DNA from: Toensbergia leucococca | Taxonomy: Eukaryota | DNA: 64,000 nt | Reading direction: 5' to 3' | Assembly (NCBI GenBank): GCA_022813965.1 | Contig: JALDZS010000074.1 | Location: 1 to 64,000, forward strand | Part shown: positions 36,129-47,844 of the stretch, piece after piece | Numbering within the stretch: the first letter of the stretch is position 1 | How the letters are laid out: every line of letters starts with the position of its first letter | Notes under the pieces: model-generated | Told to the model about the DNA's origin: nothing | Database searches by the model: none | Seen by the model: the letters and a program-made list of their open reading frames with translations, nothing else | Made by a program: the position numbers and the translations under genes

Positions 36129-37979
36129 CTAATCCTTTTCTAATCGTACTGCTGCGTTACTCTCAATAAAGTTCAAATCAACCTTGTGACCAAGTAACTC
36201 CCGAATATTCTTCACTCCATACCTTGGAAGAAATTAGCATGATCCAGATAAAGGGGAGATACTCACTTGATCATCGTTGGTCTCTCCAAGCTCAGTCCCC
36301 ATCCATATACCCTCATGTCCTTTGGTAATCCCATCGGTTCCAACATCTCCGGTCGAAACATACCGCTATTCCCAATCTCAACCCACTTATCAAGTCCCTC
36401 ATGAAAACTAAAGATCTCTAGACTTGGTTCTGTGTAAGGGTTATATGCAGGTTTGAACCGTAGGTTGTGAATCCCCATCTTTCCAAAGAAAACTTCCATG
36501 AATCCGATCAAGCCTCCCAAAGACAAGCCAAAATCCGCAATGACTCCTTCGACTTGATGGAATTCTGCCAAATGCGTAGCGTCGACAGTTTCATTGCGGA
36601 ACACGCGGTCTATTGAAAAGTATCTAGCCGGCCGGGGATTGGCGGCCAGTTTATGTAGTACGTATGTTGAAATAGCAGTGGTATGTGTTCGTAGAACCAA
36701 TCGGAGCGATTCATCTTCTTTCCACGGGTACCGGTAACCTATTGAGCCGTACTTTCCATTCTCGTGAACTTCCTTTACGTCGTTCCAATACTCTTCGTAA
36801 TCTCGCTCAGGTCCGTCTTGCTCCTTGGACTTGAGACCAAGCGGAAAATGCTTATACGCCTTCGGATCTGCTCGTGGCTTATCGGCAAGAGGTGGATCAG
36901 AGATATAAAAAGTGTCTTGTAAGTCCCGAGCAGGATGTTGCTGAGGCACGAAAAGAGCGTCAAAATTCCAGAAACCAGTCTCTACATAGCTATGAATCTC
37001 TTAGTGTGTTCAATGCAAGCAGAATTCCCACGTACCGATTCGTTGGCATTTCCTCAAAGCCCATTTCAAAAAAGATTTGCCTAAATTCATGCCGTACTTT
37101 GTTCACTGCAAAGGGGTTAGTACACTCCTTGGTTGAGCTTTTCTAAGAACTTACATGGATGTAATGCTCCGGTAGGAGTGACGGCACCTTTTGATCTGAA
37201 ATTATAAGGCTTGAGACGAGCATTCTTCCATGCTCCACTAACGAGACTTAGCATCTTGTAGGCTTCATTCTATTCATGATCTACCTTGCCAGCATATCGG
37301 CCGTAAGATCTGTCTCCTCCTTGACAAATTCTTTTGCGAATTTTGGCCCTTTGTCAACCTCAAAGCTAATGGCTTTCTGCATTGTGACTAGTTTTCTCTT
37401 TCTTAAATCGATTATAATCTTCGGATCTGGATGTGAACGCGTTTCTTGTATGGTCTGTAGCTGATCTCGAGTAGTGTCGATGATTGAGTCTGTCTGGCAG
37501 ACGTCAGAACAAGAACGAGAGTAGCACGTAAAGACCATACATTTGTCCTCAAAGTGTCCCCATCTTTTTTAATCCAACCAGCTTTGAAAGCTTTTCCTTG
37601 ACCCACCTTTGCGCTCTCTTTACCCACGATTTTCTAGTACACCGATCAGCCTCGTGGCCAAAGGTGGGCATCGGCTAAATGGTTCGTCGTGGCCACGTAC
37701 TGGCAGTTCGGTAATCTTCAAACCCTCGACAGACTTTCGCACTGCCTCGAATACCATTGCTTCATGACTACCATTTGCTGCAATGCCCTCGGCTTCAGGC
37801 ATTAATATGACCTCTTCTCGATCAATTGTCCTGTATACCACCATCTCGCGAGACCCTAATCTGTCCAGGGCACTTTTGACGGTTGCTGAAGGTATTGAAG
37901 GAAATGCGTGGGCGCTGAGGAAGGGTCCATCATTTTGAGACAAGAGATCCAAGACCTGGGAAGTGAGATCGGAGGCCAT
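36129..37979 (-). CDS. FRS2: Cytoplasmic phenylalanine-tRNA ligase alpha subunit, multi-exon
   Basis: [73 protein letters not shown]. Confidence 0.97.
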
Positions 37980-38337
37980 GACCACATTCGGACTTGTGAC
38001 TGTGGCTGAATAACTGTACTGTACGAAGTAGCTGTCGTCGCACAGGAGGCACCAAACATTGAACAAGCGTAAGGTACAGGTACGGATCCGGAGTAGGGAT
38101 ACTCCGTACCCTGATACCTTAATCCGGCTAGCTCCCGAGGAGTGTCACCGATCACCGATCAGCAATTTCAACTCCAGGGCACGTCACTCCGTTTCCCTTT
38201 CCCGTAACAAAGATTATTTAATTACTAATTAGGGCTCAGCTCATGCGACCGGTTTATCTTCTTCTTTTTCATCACCATCTCGTCCGCCTATCTTCGGCGC
38301 CGATTTCCATGTCTTTACTCGCTATCTTCCCCCGGTA
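37980..38337. promoter_or_regulatory. Short divergent intergenic region, likely bidirectional promoter
   Basis: Only ~360 bp between head-to-head start codons of FRS2 and the GH47 gene; contains TACTCCGTA. Confidence 0.5.
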
Positions 38338-41300
38338 ATGCGCCCAAGATGTCACCTACTGCCAGAGGCTTTCCGCATGAGATCGATCTTATGGCCTTTC
38401 CTTCTGACCCTGGCGCTATGTATCGGCGCTGGATGGAGTATGACCGATGGGCAGATCAAAGGATTAAGGCAAATCTTACCTGGTTCGCGAGCCATACGAT
38501 TCGCTAATCGATGGTAGACAAGAGGCTGAGCACATGTTCTACCATGGCTACGATAATTACATGAATCATGCCTTTCCAGATGATGAACTACGACCCCTCT
38601 CATGCAAGCCCTTGACAAGAGACCGCCTCAATCCTTCTCATATCGAGTTAAACGACGCTCTCGGAAATTACTCCTTGACCTTGATCGACAGCCTCACAAC
38701 GTTGGCTATCCTGGCTTCTGGATCTACTAGGAAGAAAAACAAAGCCTTGGATTACTTTCAAGAAAACGTCATTGCATTAGTCGGGCTTTATGGTGATGGA
38801 ACGGATGGAAAAATGGGGCTTGGAAGTCGAGGGAGAGGATTCGATTCTGATAGCAAGGTTCAAGTTTTTGAGATGGTTATTAGGGGAGTTGGCGGACTCT
38901 TGAGCGCACATCTGTTCGCAATTGGAGAGCTACCTATTCGAGGATATGAGCCATATAGGACATCTAATGGTAGTAAACAAAAGGCTCAATTTAAAGGAGA
39001 AGTTGTGTGGTCTCCAACTTTCACCTACGACGGACAGCTTCTTCGACTTGCCCATGACCTTGGAAAGCGTCTACTTCCTGCATTTTATACAGCGACCGGA
39101 TTGCCATATCCTCGGGTGAATCTACGTCACGGTGTACCATTTTACCCCAATTCCCCCTTTAATAATGATGCCGAACGAGGCCAATGTCAGACCACACCAC
39201 AACCTTCGGGCGAGCTTACCGAAACCTGTAGCGCGGGAGCTGGTAGCCTTGTGCTTGAATTCATTACTCTCAGTCGACTTACAGGGGATTCCAGATTCGA
39301 ACAGCTTGGTAAACGAGCTTTTTGGTCAGTTTGGGAGCGAAGAAGTAATATTGGTCTAATTGGGTCGGGTATTGATGCTGAGAGTGGATTGTGGACTAGT
39401 CCATTCACAGGAGTGAGTCCGATGATTTAACCCATCAATGCGAGACTGATCCCCTCATAGATTGGTGCTGGTATTGACAGTTTCTTTGAATACGCTGCAA
39501 AAGCATACATTCTCTTATCTGGCTCCCCAAGGCCAATTATTTCGACATCGTCACCACCAGTAATCATCTCTCCTCTTGTTCAAGAAGACCAACAATCTGC
39601 AGAAAGCTTCCTTCAAGTTTGGCATGACTCACATGCTGCCATCAAACGCCACCTCTATCGTGGAAGCATGTACATACATCCACATTACATTCAAGCCGAC
39701 CTGTACACCGGTGCTGCACGGGCATTCTGGATGGACAGCTTAAGTGCTTTCTTTCCTGGTCTCTTGACTTTGACTGGTGACCTTGAAGAAGCTGTCGAAA
39801 GCCATCTCCTATTCACAGCTCTTTGGACTCGTTACTCGGCTTTACCGGAAAGATGGTCAACAGCAAGTGGCAGCATTGAGGGAGGCTTAGGATGGTGGGG
39901 AGGAAGACCCGAGTTCATAGAGTCAACGTATCATCTCTACAGAGCAACTCGTGATCCGTGGTATCTTCATGTTGGTGAAATGGTACTTCGAGATATCAAG
40001 CGTCGATGCTGGACAAGATGTGGATGGTCTGGAATCCAAGACGTCCGAAGTGGCGAACGAAACGATCGGATGGAAAGCTTTTTCCTTGGAGAGACTATCA
40101 AATACCTTTTCCTCCTTTTCGACCCTGATCACCCCTTCAACACATTGGATGCGCCATTCGTCTTCAATACAGAAGGACATCCATTGATCATACCTCGTTC
40201 TTCCAACGCAAACCCTCATCCAAAGCGCCCGAAAGAGCCACCTGTCAAACAATCACTAGACTCTCCCCCGACCTGTCCCCTCCCGCCATCAATGATCCCC
40301 TTTAGTATCTCCGCGACAGCCACCAGACCCGACCTTTTCCACGCCGCCAACCTTGCCCGACTTCATTACATGCCAAATCCCTCCAACATCGAATCTCCCC
40401 TTATTGAATTCTCTAGCGACCACCCGAGCATCTCCCTCTCCGACCTTGTCTCCCCCTCAAACTACACCTACTACCCCTGGACCTTATCCCCATCTCTCAT
40501 CCCGCACAACGCAACCTGCTCCAAGATAGCCGCCAGACCTACCTTCGACATCACCTTCCCCGCACACCCGAGCATGATTCTCGGCCCAGGCATCCTCCAA
40601 CGGGTTGGTAATGGTATTCTAGTCAATTCGATGGGCGGGCTTCGCCTCGGCATGATCCAAGACGTTTCCGGCAGCACAGGCGCAGGCGGCGACGGCGATT
40701 TCTACAGGGTGCAAGCAATCAACAACATCGCACTCGGCAAAGATGAAAAGATCTTCCTAGCCAAAGACGTCGTTTCCAGCGTAGTTAACCCTCAAGATCC
40801 CAACTTTACCCGAGTCCGCGACAATACAATGCTCGACTTAGTAATCGACATCGCCTCCCCATCGCCTTCAGCCCCCCATCCGACCCCTCCCGCAACACTC
40901 AATTCAACTTCCCTTTCTTCCTCCAAACGCCTAGCTCTCTCCTCCCTCCTCCCCCTTCTAACGTCCTTAATCCACTCTCCGCCCCCTTCGTCCCCTCTCC
41001 CTCCAAACCGCATCTACCTCCCTGCCATCACCCCGACTGGCCCAGGCGCCATTCCCCTCCCCGACGACATCGAAGAAGCCCTGGGCCCGGACGCCTCAGG
41101 CTCCCCCCAAGGCCCGCTTCTCTGGCACACGATCTACATTGCCGACACCCTCTGCGACGGCCCACTCCCCACCCACATCCCGGCAACCCATCAGATCATC
41201 ATCGCCCAGCGCGGCGGCTGCAGCTTCAGCCGCAAACTCGACAACATCCCCGCTTTCCCGCCGGGGAAGACGTCGCTGCGCTTGGTAGTCGTGGTGTCTT

Positions 41301-41536
41301 TTGAAGAGGAGGAGGCGGGGGACGGAGTTCCGGAGGGGTGGATGATTCGGCCGTTATTGGAGAGGGTGCAGGGGGGTGGGGAGGGATTGGTCAGGAGGGA
41401 GGGAGTGGCCATGGTGATGATTGGAGGGGGGAGGGAGAGTTGGGACTTGCTTTCCCGGGCGGTGGGGGTGGGGGTGAAGAGAAGGTGGAGTGTTTTGGCG
41501 CAGGGGGTGCCGATTAGTAATTTGATTATCATTTAG
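38338..41536 (+). CDS. MNL1: EDEM-like GH47 alpha-1,2-mannosidase with C-terminal PA domain, 3 exons
   Basis: MFYHGYDNYM..AFPDDELRPLSC, LGNYSLTLIDSL, TETCSAGAGSLVLEF, IGAGIDSFFEY, RPEFIESTY, DRMESFFLGET, PA motif QRGGCSFSRK. Confidence 0.93.
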
Positions 41537-41784
41537 GGTTGTTGGGAAGTTCTGTGGGGGGGAAAGAAGAGCGGGAGGCTTAGTGGCAGAGTCGCTGCCA
41601 CTCGTTCTTGTGGAGGAGGCGAACAGATGAAAGAATTTCTCACTTCGAAGCCCTCCTTGACAGAATGGGTGATTGATGGCTTGCTTCTCGAATATAATGA
41701 CGCTGTAGATGACCTTGGTGGTTTGGAAAAATTTGAAGCATGGGTCACTTTTCGAGGGTAGAGTAGATCCGAATAATTCAGGCT

Positions 41785-42305
41785 TTTGATAGTCCTCCAG
41801 ACTATTAGTCCTGAGGGTAGAATCGACTACTTAACAACATAATCAGTAGTTGGGAGTTGATTCTGAACCAAGAATCAGTCGACTAATAGTCTGACTATTT
41901 AAGACCATTAGTCCATGCTCACTAGCACTATCCATGGTTATTGATGAAAATCGACCAAATTTTAGGTAGCCACGCTCGTGCCGACAACTGAAATCCGGAA
42001 ATCCTAGGTGAGGGATCGCCTGAAGTTTCCGGAAATTCAGTCATCGGCGCGAGCCACGATAGAATAAACAAAGGAGTGAAAAATTCAGATTTCAGAATGA
42101 ACCTAGAATAAGCCTATCCAGGCTAAAATTAGGCCCATTTGGGGTGTTTACATTCCAAAAACACCCCCTCAAAGAAATCATCAAAATAATCAGTTGACTA
42201 TTAGTCCTACCGATAGTCAACTACCCAATAGTTGACTACCAAAATCAAGAATCAGATCGACTGTTTAACAATCGACTACCAAAGACTAATAGGCAGCTAT
42301 TTCGT
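41785..42305. repeat. Degenerate element with two clusters of GACTA/TAGTC motifs
   Basis: GACTATTAGTC, GACTAATAGTC and TCGACTAC variants cluster at ~41785-41915 and ~42190-42295 with partial inverted symmetry. Confidence 0.5.
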
Positions 42306-44255
42306 CGATCAATCATCAAGAGCCCTAATATCCGATTGTGGGCAAGAAGACGCCCGCAAGTAGGATGATTTAACCCATTTCTGAGACGAGGTGGCGTCCA
42401 ACGTGGACGATCTGACGACTCAACGTAAAAACATCTGTATAAAAATTGATCAAAGCGTCGTATCAGCCATTTCAAATAGTGGTAGGCAAAGGTGAGTCTT
42501 GAACTGAAGTACTCAGGTTTTCGGAAGCGGGATTGTATACTGCGCTCTTCTGAAACCATGTATCGACGAACACGAACAAGAAGCTGTGGAAATCCGTCGT
42601 CTTGACCCATGACTACCACAGTGCAAGGAGCCACAAGATGGAAATCTCCTTTGTACATATTTCAATTGCTCTCGTTGGCGCCATGACTTTTGTCACAGAG
42701 CGTACCCCTGTGTCGACGAGGGCTATGAATGATGAGATCACGAAGCAACGCTGCAGCTACAGTAGTAATAATTCGTAGTAAGTGTCATCAAAGATCAGTA
42801 AATATAGACCGATGCACGGAACACGCATTGCGAATAGAGATTCGGCATCACATACTATGCCACATGCATGAGTTCTGTTCGAGCAAGGTTCTAGATTCTT
42901 TTCTCATCATCACAGTAGGCTTGGGACGGTGAGATTGGGCTCGTATGTGCTTTGTTGCCAAGACAAAACTTCCTAGTGTGGGGGCTCAGACGATCAATAT
43001 CTCGAGTCCCTCCGATTTCGACGGCAATCAAGGAACGTGTAGGGTGATTGGGAGGAAGAAGGCATTCGAGACAAGGGTCGAGGTTGATTGAGTCACATTT
43101 GGTAAGCAGTGAGGTTGGATATGCACCTATCCGCCGGATGAGTGCATTTGTCACCGGGTACGTGCATTGGACACGGCCCCCTACCTCGAAGGTGATCAGA
43201 TATCCTCGTTCTGCTGTGGTTGGGCGCGAAGGGCGGCATCTTTGAATTGATTAAGAGGGGAAGCTTTTGTTCTGAGATCTGGGCATTGGATGAGAAGATC
43301 GGGGAAACGGGGGGTCGTGTTTGAAATTTAGCTGAGGGAAGTCGATCTTGTTGCTTAGGTTGCTAAAAGCGCGATGATGGCAAGGTAGTGTCAAACAGGA
43401 TCATGAGAGTGCTTGTGCTTTGGAGTGGGCCGAGGTTTTCGACGGGATAGAAACGGAGCTGAGATGTTCATCGAGCTTCTCGTTTCTTGTGGCGTGCCCA
43501 TGTCCTTCGACTGCCAACTCAGCCATGTTTGTTGCAGTCTTACTTGATAGGTCTAACAACTGATGTTAGATGCATAAGAAGAATGCGTGCGGATAGATTT
43601 GAATGACTAGAATGAGAGTATTGGTCTAATTACGAGTGAGGTTGGGAGACCTCCGGCAGGGAGTGGTAATGCTGACTATCAGGTAGTCAGTACGGGGCTA
43701 GGCCAAGGAGAAGGGGACAAAAGGCGGGGAGATTGTCAAGCAGAGGTAATGCAGATCAAAAGCCATGCTGGTGTGGAAAAAGGAGAGGGAAAAAGGAAAA
43801 TGGGAAACGCAAAAGTGACGGCGGAATGAAAACAAAAAGGCATGCATAGCAACTGCGAAAGATGATAGCTCGAGTGTGACGCAGTTAAGCGATCAAGTTA
43901 GCCCTGAGATGGGCTGGATGATCTGGATGATACGGGATGCCCCAATCCCCCTAAACCCCTGTCTGATTGGTTGGAGGGATTCGCTTGGCTACCTACCCTA
44001 AGCCCCGAACATCAAAACCCGCTCTATGCCCCAACTTTCCCCCCTCTTTCATCTTTACTCTTCCACCTCTTCCATCAAATGTAACCTTCTTTCCATCCCT
44101 TAACCTCATCATATATATCAAAACTCGACACAACTCCTTGTTTTCGAACAAAATATTCCGCTCGCTTGATCATCTTCGTTCTTGCTCTCTTTAGCATCGT
44201 CTCTACGGGCGCACTCTCGTCATTGACATCTTCGAGATCTTTCGCTTCCAGCATC

Positions 44256-44756
44256 ATGTTCCCTTCGATTAAGATTGTCAATGACCGTTCGAGTGATCAT
44301 CGACCAGGAGGAAACAGAATCAGTCGATCGAAAAAAAGTAAGCTCATCGTTGAGAAAGTAGGCTGCAGCCCTAGCATGTCGTCGCCAGCTCGAGACTGGA
44401 TCCTGTTCCCCGAAGATGCGACACTCGACTCTGAAAGGCCTTCTGGAGATGTCACACTCCAATTGTCTCTCCTTACAGTAACGTCGCCGAGGGTAGGGAC
44501 CGCACCATCGCCGCTGAGAGGTCCATCAGCATCTATAATTAAGAATGCATCGACACGGCTAGATAATCAAGAAGGAAGCTATCATTCCGCCGATTCAGAT
44601 CGAAAAGCCTCGGCAGATACTGTAGATGATGGTCAGGTCGAAAAATTTCTGACTCTACCCCGCACTCCATTACCGCAGCGTTTACCAACGCCAGAACTGG
44701 ATGATATCGATAGAGATGCATTCTGGTCCTGTTGTGGAGCGTCTGCGAACAGATGA
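44256..44756 (+). CDS. Small hypothetical Ser/Pro-rich protein, 166 aa
   Basis: ATG ORF ending QRLPTPELDDIDRDAFWSCC, preceded by a pyrimidine-rich 5' region. Confidence 0.55.
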   Translation: MFPSIKIVNDRSSDHRPGGNRISRSKKSKLIVEKVGCSPSMSSPARDWILFPEDATLDSERPSGDVTLQLSLLTVTSPRVGTAPSPLRGPSASIIKNASTRLDNQEGSYHSADSDRKASADTVDDGQVEKFLTLPRTPLPQRLPTPELDDIDRDAFWSCCGASANR

Positions 44757-45617
44757 GACGATATTCGTGATTTTGGCATTTATGACATTTTTCGTCGTTA
44801 TTCTTCTGGTAATTTACTACCCTTCGCAAAGAAATCAAGTAGGCTAAAGTGGAACAGAGCTTGTGAACGGTAAACGAAAGGAGGAGATTAGTGGAAGTTC
44901 ATCTTGGAGTCCTACGGCTGTGGAGAGACGGCGCAGATGAAATGGGAGGAGTGTTCGCGACTTCTCGAGCTTCAATCTTTTCTTTTTCTTTCTTTTCATG
45001 AATTAGAAGCTCCAAGATCTTCACGAAAGTTGAGGTCTCTCATATGTTATAGAGTATATAATATAGCAGCAATACAGAAAGGAGGAGTACAAGGTAAAAA
45101 TGGTTAGATATGTTCTCGAAAACTCGGCATTGTCAAATCCTACTAGTTCAGGCAATATTCTGTGATCAGCTAATGCATCAAATGATAAAGAGCACTAGAG
45201 GGAGAGGAATCTCAAACATGTCGTTCGTGGAAGAATCTGGCTTCTGGTGGCTGTTGCTACTGTTCAGACACAGGTAAAGCTAAATTAGAGCTCAGGCTTG
45301 ATCCCGCATCAAGTCTCTTCGTCACTTCGAGTATCTCCATTCGAAGATAGTAGAAGAGGGGTTCTTCGCCTTGAAAGTCATGCAGATGGAAAAGATGTTG
45401 ATGGGTCGTCGTTGAATTCCAATTTGGATTGGCATATGATGCTATACCGGTTCAAGCCTTAGTGCGGGCACCGTTTTCGGGATGACAAACATTCAACTTT
45501 CATCGTTTCATCGTTTCGATCCTCACACCACTTTCTCCCTCCATTTTTCCTCTCTCCTCTCTCCTCTCTCCCTTCCACCTCCGACAACGTTACTTTCATC
45601 ATCAAAGACTCTGTCAA

Positions 45618-47298
45618 ATGCCACTCCAGCATAACGAAATGGATCCTATAACTGATGTGACCCACGACGACTTGGTGAATAAGCTGACTTCTGGCTTTGG
45701 AGCTTTGTTGGAACAAGTAAGAGAATTAGCCCTCAAGAATGATGAACTTGAACGCCGTCTGGCTTGGATAGAGGAACAGGTACGTCGATTCTTCCTGCTC
45801 AACATCTCTTATTGCATGAAGAGAACCTTTTAGCTCTAGATCTGGAGCTACACCATGTAGCCGTGACTGACTTACACCGATTCTGATTTTACTCCTCATC
45901 CCATTCTCTCCTGATGTGCTTATTTATACCCGCTTATGAAACAACCAATAGCACAAAATCCACATCCAGCGAAATGACGACTCCTCTACTCGAAAATCAG
46001 ATTATGTACAAACAGAACGGGATTGTCATGCACAGCAGAATCGGCCAACTTCGCGGGCAAAGCCCAATAATAACCCCGCCGGTTTCTTGACTTCTGATGA
46101 TCGAAACAACTCCCATGTAATAGCGAAAGGAGTCGGAGCTTGGCAAAACCTTACTGGACGCGGTCAAGAGAAAGGCTTGCTAGATGTACAACAAGCAAAC
46201 CCTAAACAATCGAACAGACGGCAAAGCAATACATCCGAAGTGCGTCTGTCGGATAGCCAGACCTCACAGGATGATAAATATCAGGAACAGGATTTCACAA
46301 CACCCGGCAAGGAGGGAAACTTACAATGTCCATTTGCAGTCCGAATCGGAGGAACATCAAGATTGCAGCACCCAGGTTCGTTACCGACACCACCAGACGC
46401 GAGAGGACAAACAGTCAAAGATCCCATTGCCGCGGAAATCCAACGTACAGACTTTGCCTCTCCTCCGCCTTCACCTACAGGCTCAGCCTCTAAATGCCCA
46501 ATCCGTTTCCTCGATCAACATTCTCCCGAGGAGGTTGCCAAGTATTTCGAAAACCACAAGCACGAGATACCCCGAAGCCACGAAATATGCGTGAAACGGT
46601 ACCAGTCCAATACGGAAAGCATCCGGCAGCTGGACGCGAAATACGGAAACCTCGTTAGCATGATACAAGGCTTAGGTATCAAACACCAGTCACTTCTACC
46701 CGCAAAGGAAGAGGAAAAGGGAGAAGCCGAGGTCATGGAGCAAGAGTCCGTAGCAAAGGTGGAGAAATGGGCTGAATATGTCGACGACGCTCCCGAGGGA
46801 ACGACAATGGACAACACACAATCCAATAATGAGGAAGGTGAAGACGACAGAAAAGGCTACTTTGACAGACCGTTCAAAGAGATCCGAGTAGGAGAATCAC
46901 CAAGCCGGCCTTGGGGAATCTCCGTGCCATTTGTCGAAGGTCTAGACTTGAGCACAACATCCGCGCGCATCAGCCATGTAGACAGCGTGCAATCACGGGC
47001 ACCATCACAACATGACGAGATCATACCCGAGAAAGCCAAAGGTAGCTGTCCATTCGGCGGCGGCGCCATCCAAAACCCTCACAAAGCCGAAGCCGAATCT
47101 AGGTCTCGGACCGAGCCCCTCAACGACGACCGACAATCCAAGCCCAAAGCTCCCCAGGTCCCGCAGGTGCCCAAAATTGCAGAGACGGCTCCTCAGCCTC
47201 GGATGTTATTCACAGGCCCGGTGTTCATCGGATACCCTGCCGAACAGGCTGCGGAGCTGATGCAGCAATACGGGATAGGCAAGGATCCCCAAAGTTGA
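45618..47298 (+). CDS. Conserved-looking fungal hypothetical protein (N-terminal coiled coil, CPF/CPI motifs); snoRNA host gene
   Basis: Exon 1 to 45779, intron 45780-45951, exon 2 in frame with KCPIRFLDQHSPEEVAKYFENHKHEIPRSHEICVKRYQ and RVGESPSRPWGISVP. The start may be 45639. Confidence 0.85.
45812..45890 (+). ncRNA. Intronic box C/D snoRNA, predicted guide for 18S rRNA 2'-O-methylation (SNORD45-like target)
   Basis: C box ATGAAGA (45816); guide TTAGCTCTAGA (45830-45840), complementary to conserved 18S UCUAGAGCUAA; D' CTGG; internal stem GCTAC/GTAGC; C' GTGACTGA; D box CTGA (45883-45886). Confidence 0.8.
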
Positions 47299-47844
47299 AT
47301 TCTGGCGTGCGAAGAATTTGTAAGATACTCGTTCCGGGAATCCGATGCCGGGCGTTGTGTTCAAACCGTTGAGATATCGAGGATGACTGGAAGGAACTAG
47401 GATGACGGGGGCGTTCTCGGACTGTTGTGCTCATGTAATTATACGATTCTGTACGAGAGACGGGTAGACAATTCCCCAAAACGAACATGCAAGATCTTAA
47501 ATCACCGTTTCCCGCCCAAGCTCGAATGTCCCGTGTCTCCTCCTTGAAGCCAGTCAATCAATCAATCATTCCTACACCCTCCAAAGCCCTACCAAACGTG
47601 AATGAAGTCCACTATTATATTTTTCGAAGGTGATCCCAAAAAAGGACCAAGTAGGTGAAACGCACAACCTGTTTAGATATGAAAACCCTACTCCAACAAA
47701 CCTCCCCCCCTATACAAACACAACCTCCCCACCCCAAACACCAAAACACCAAACCAAAAACAAAAATCCCCCCCAAACCCCAACCACAACCCTATATCCA
47801 CAAAGCCACAAAAAAAAAAAAAGCCATCCAGCCGTGCTCCTCCC

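Noticed and set aside
42245..43530. Minus-strand ORFs of 137 and 87 aa
   Set aside because: No motif and no convincing spliced model; the end runs into the repeat at 42305.
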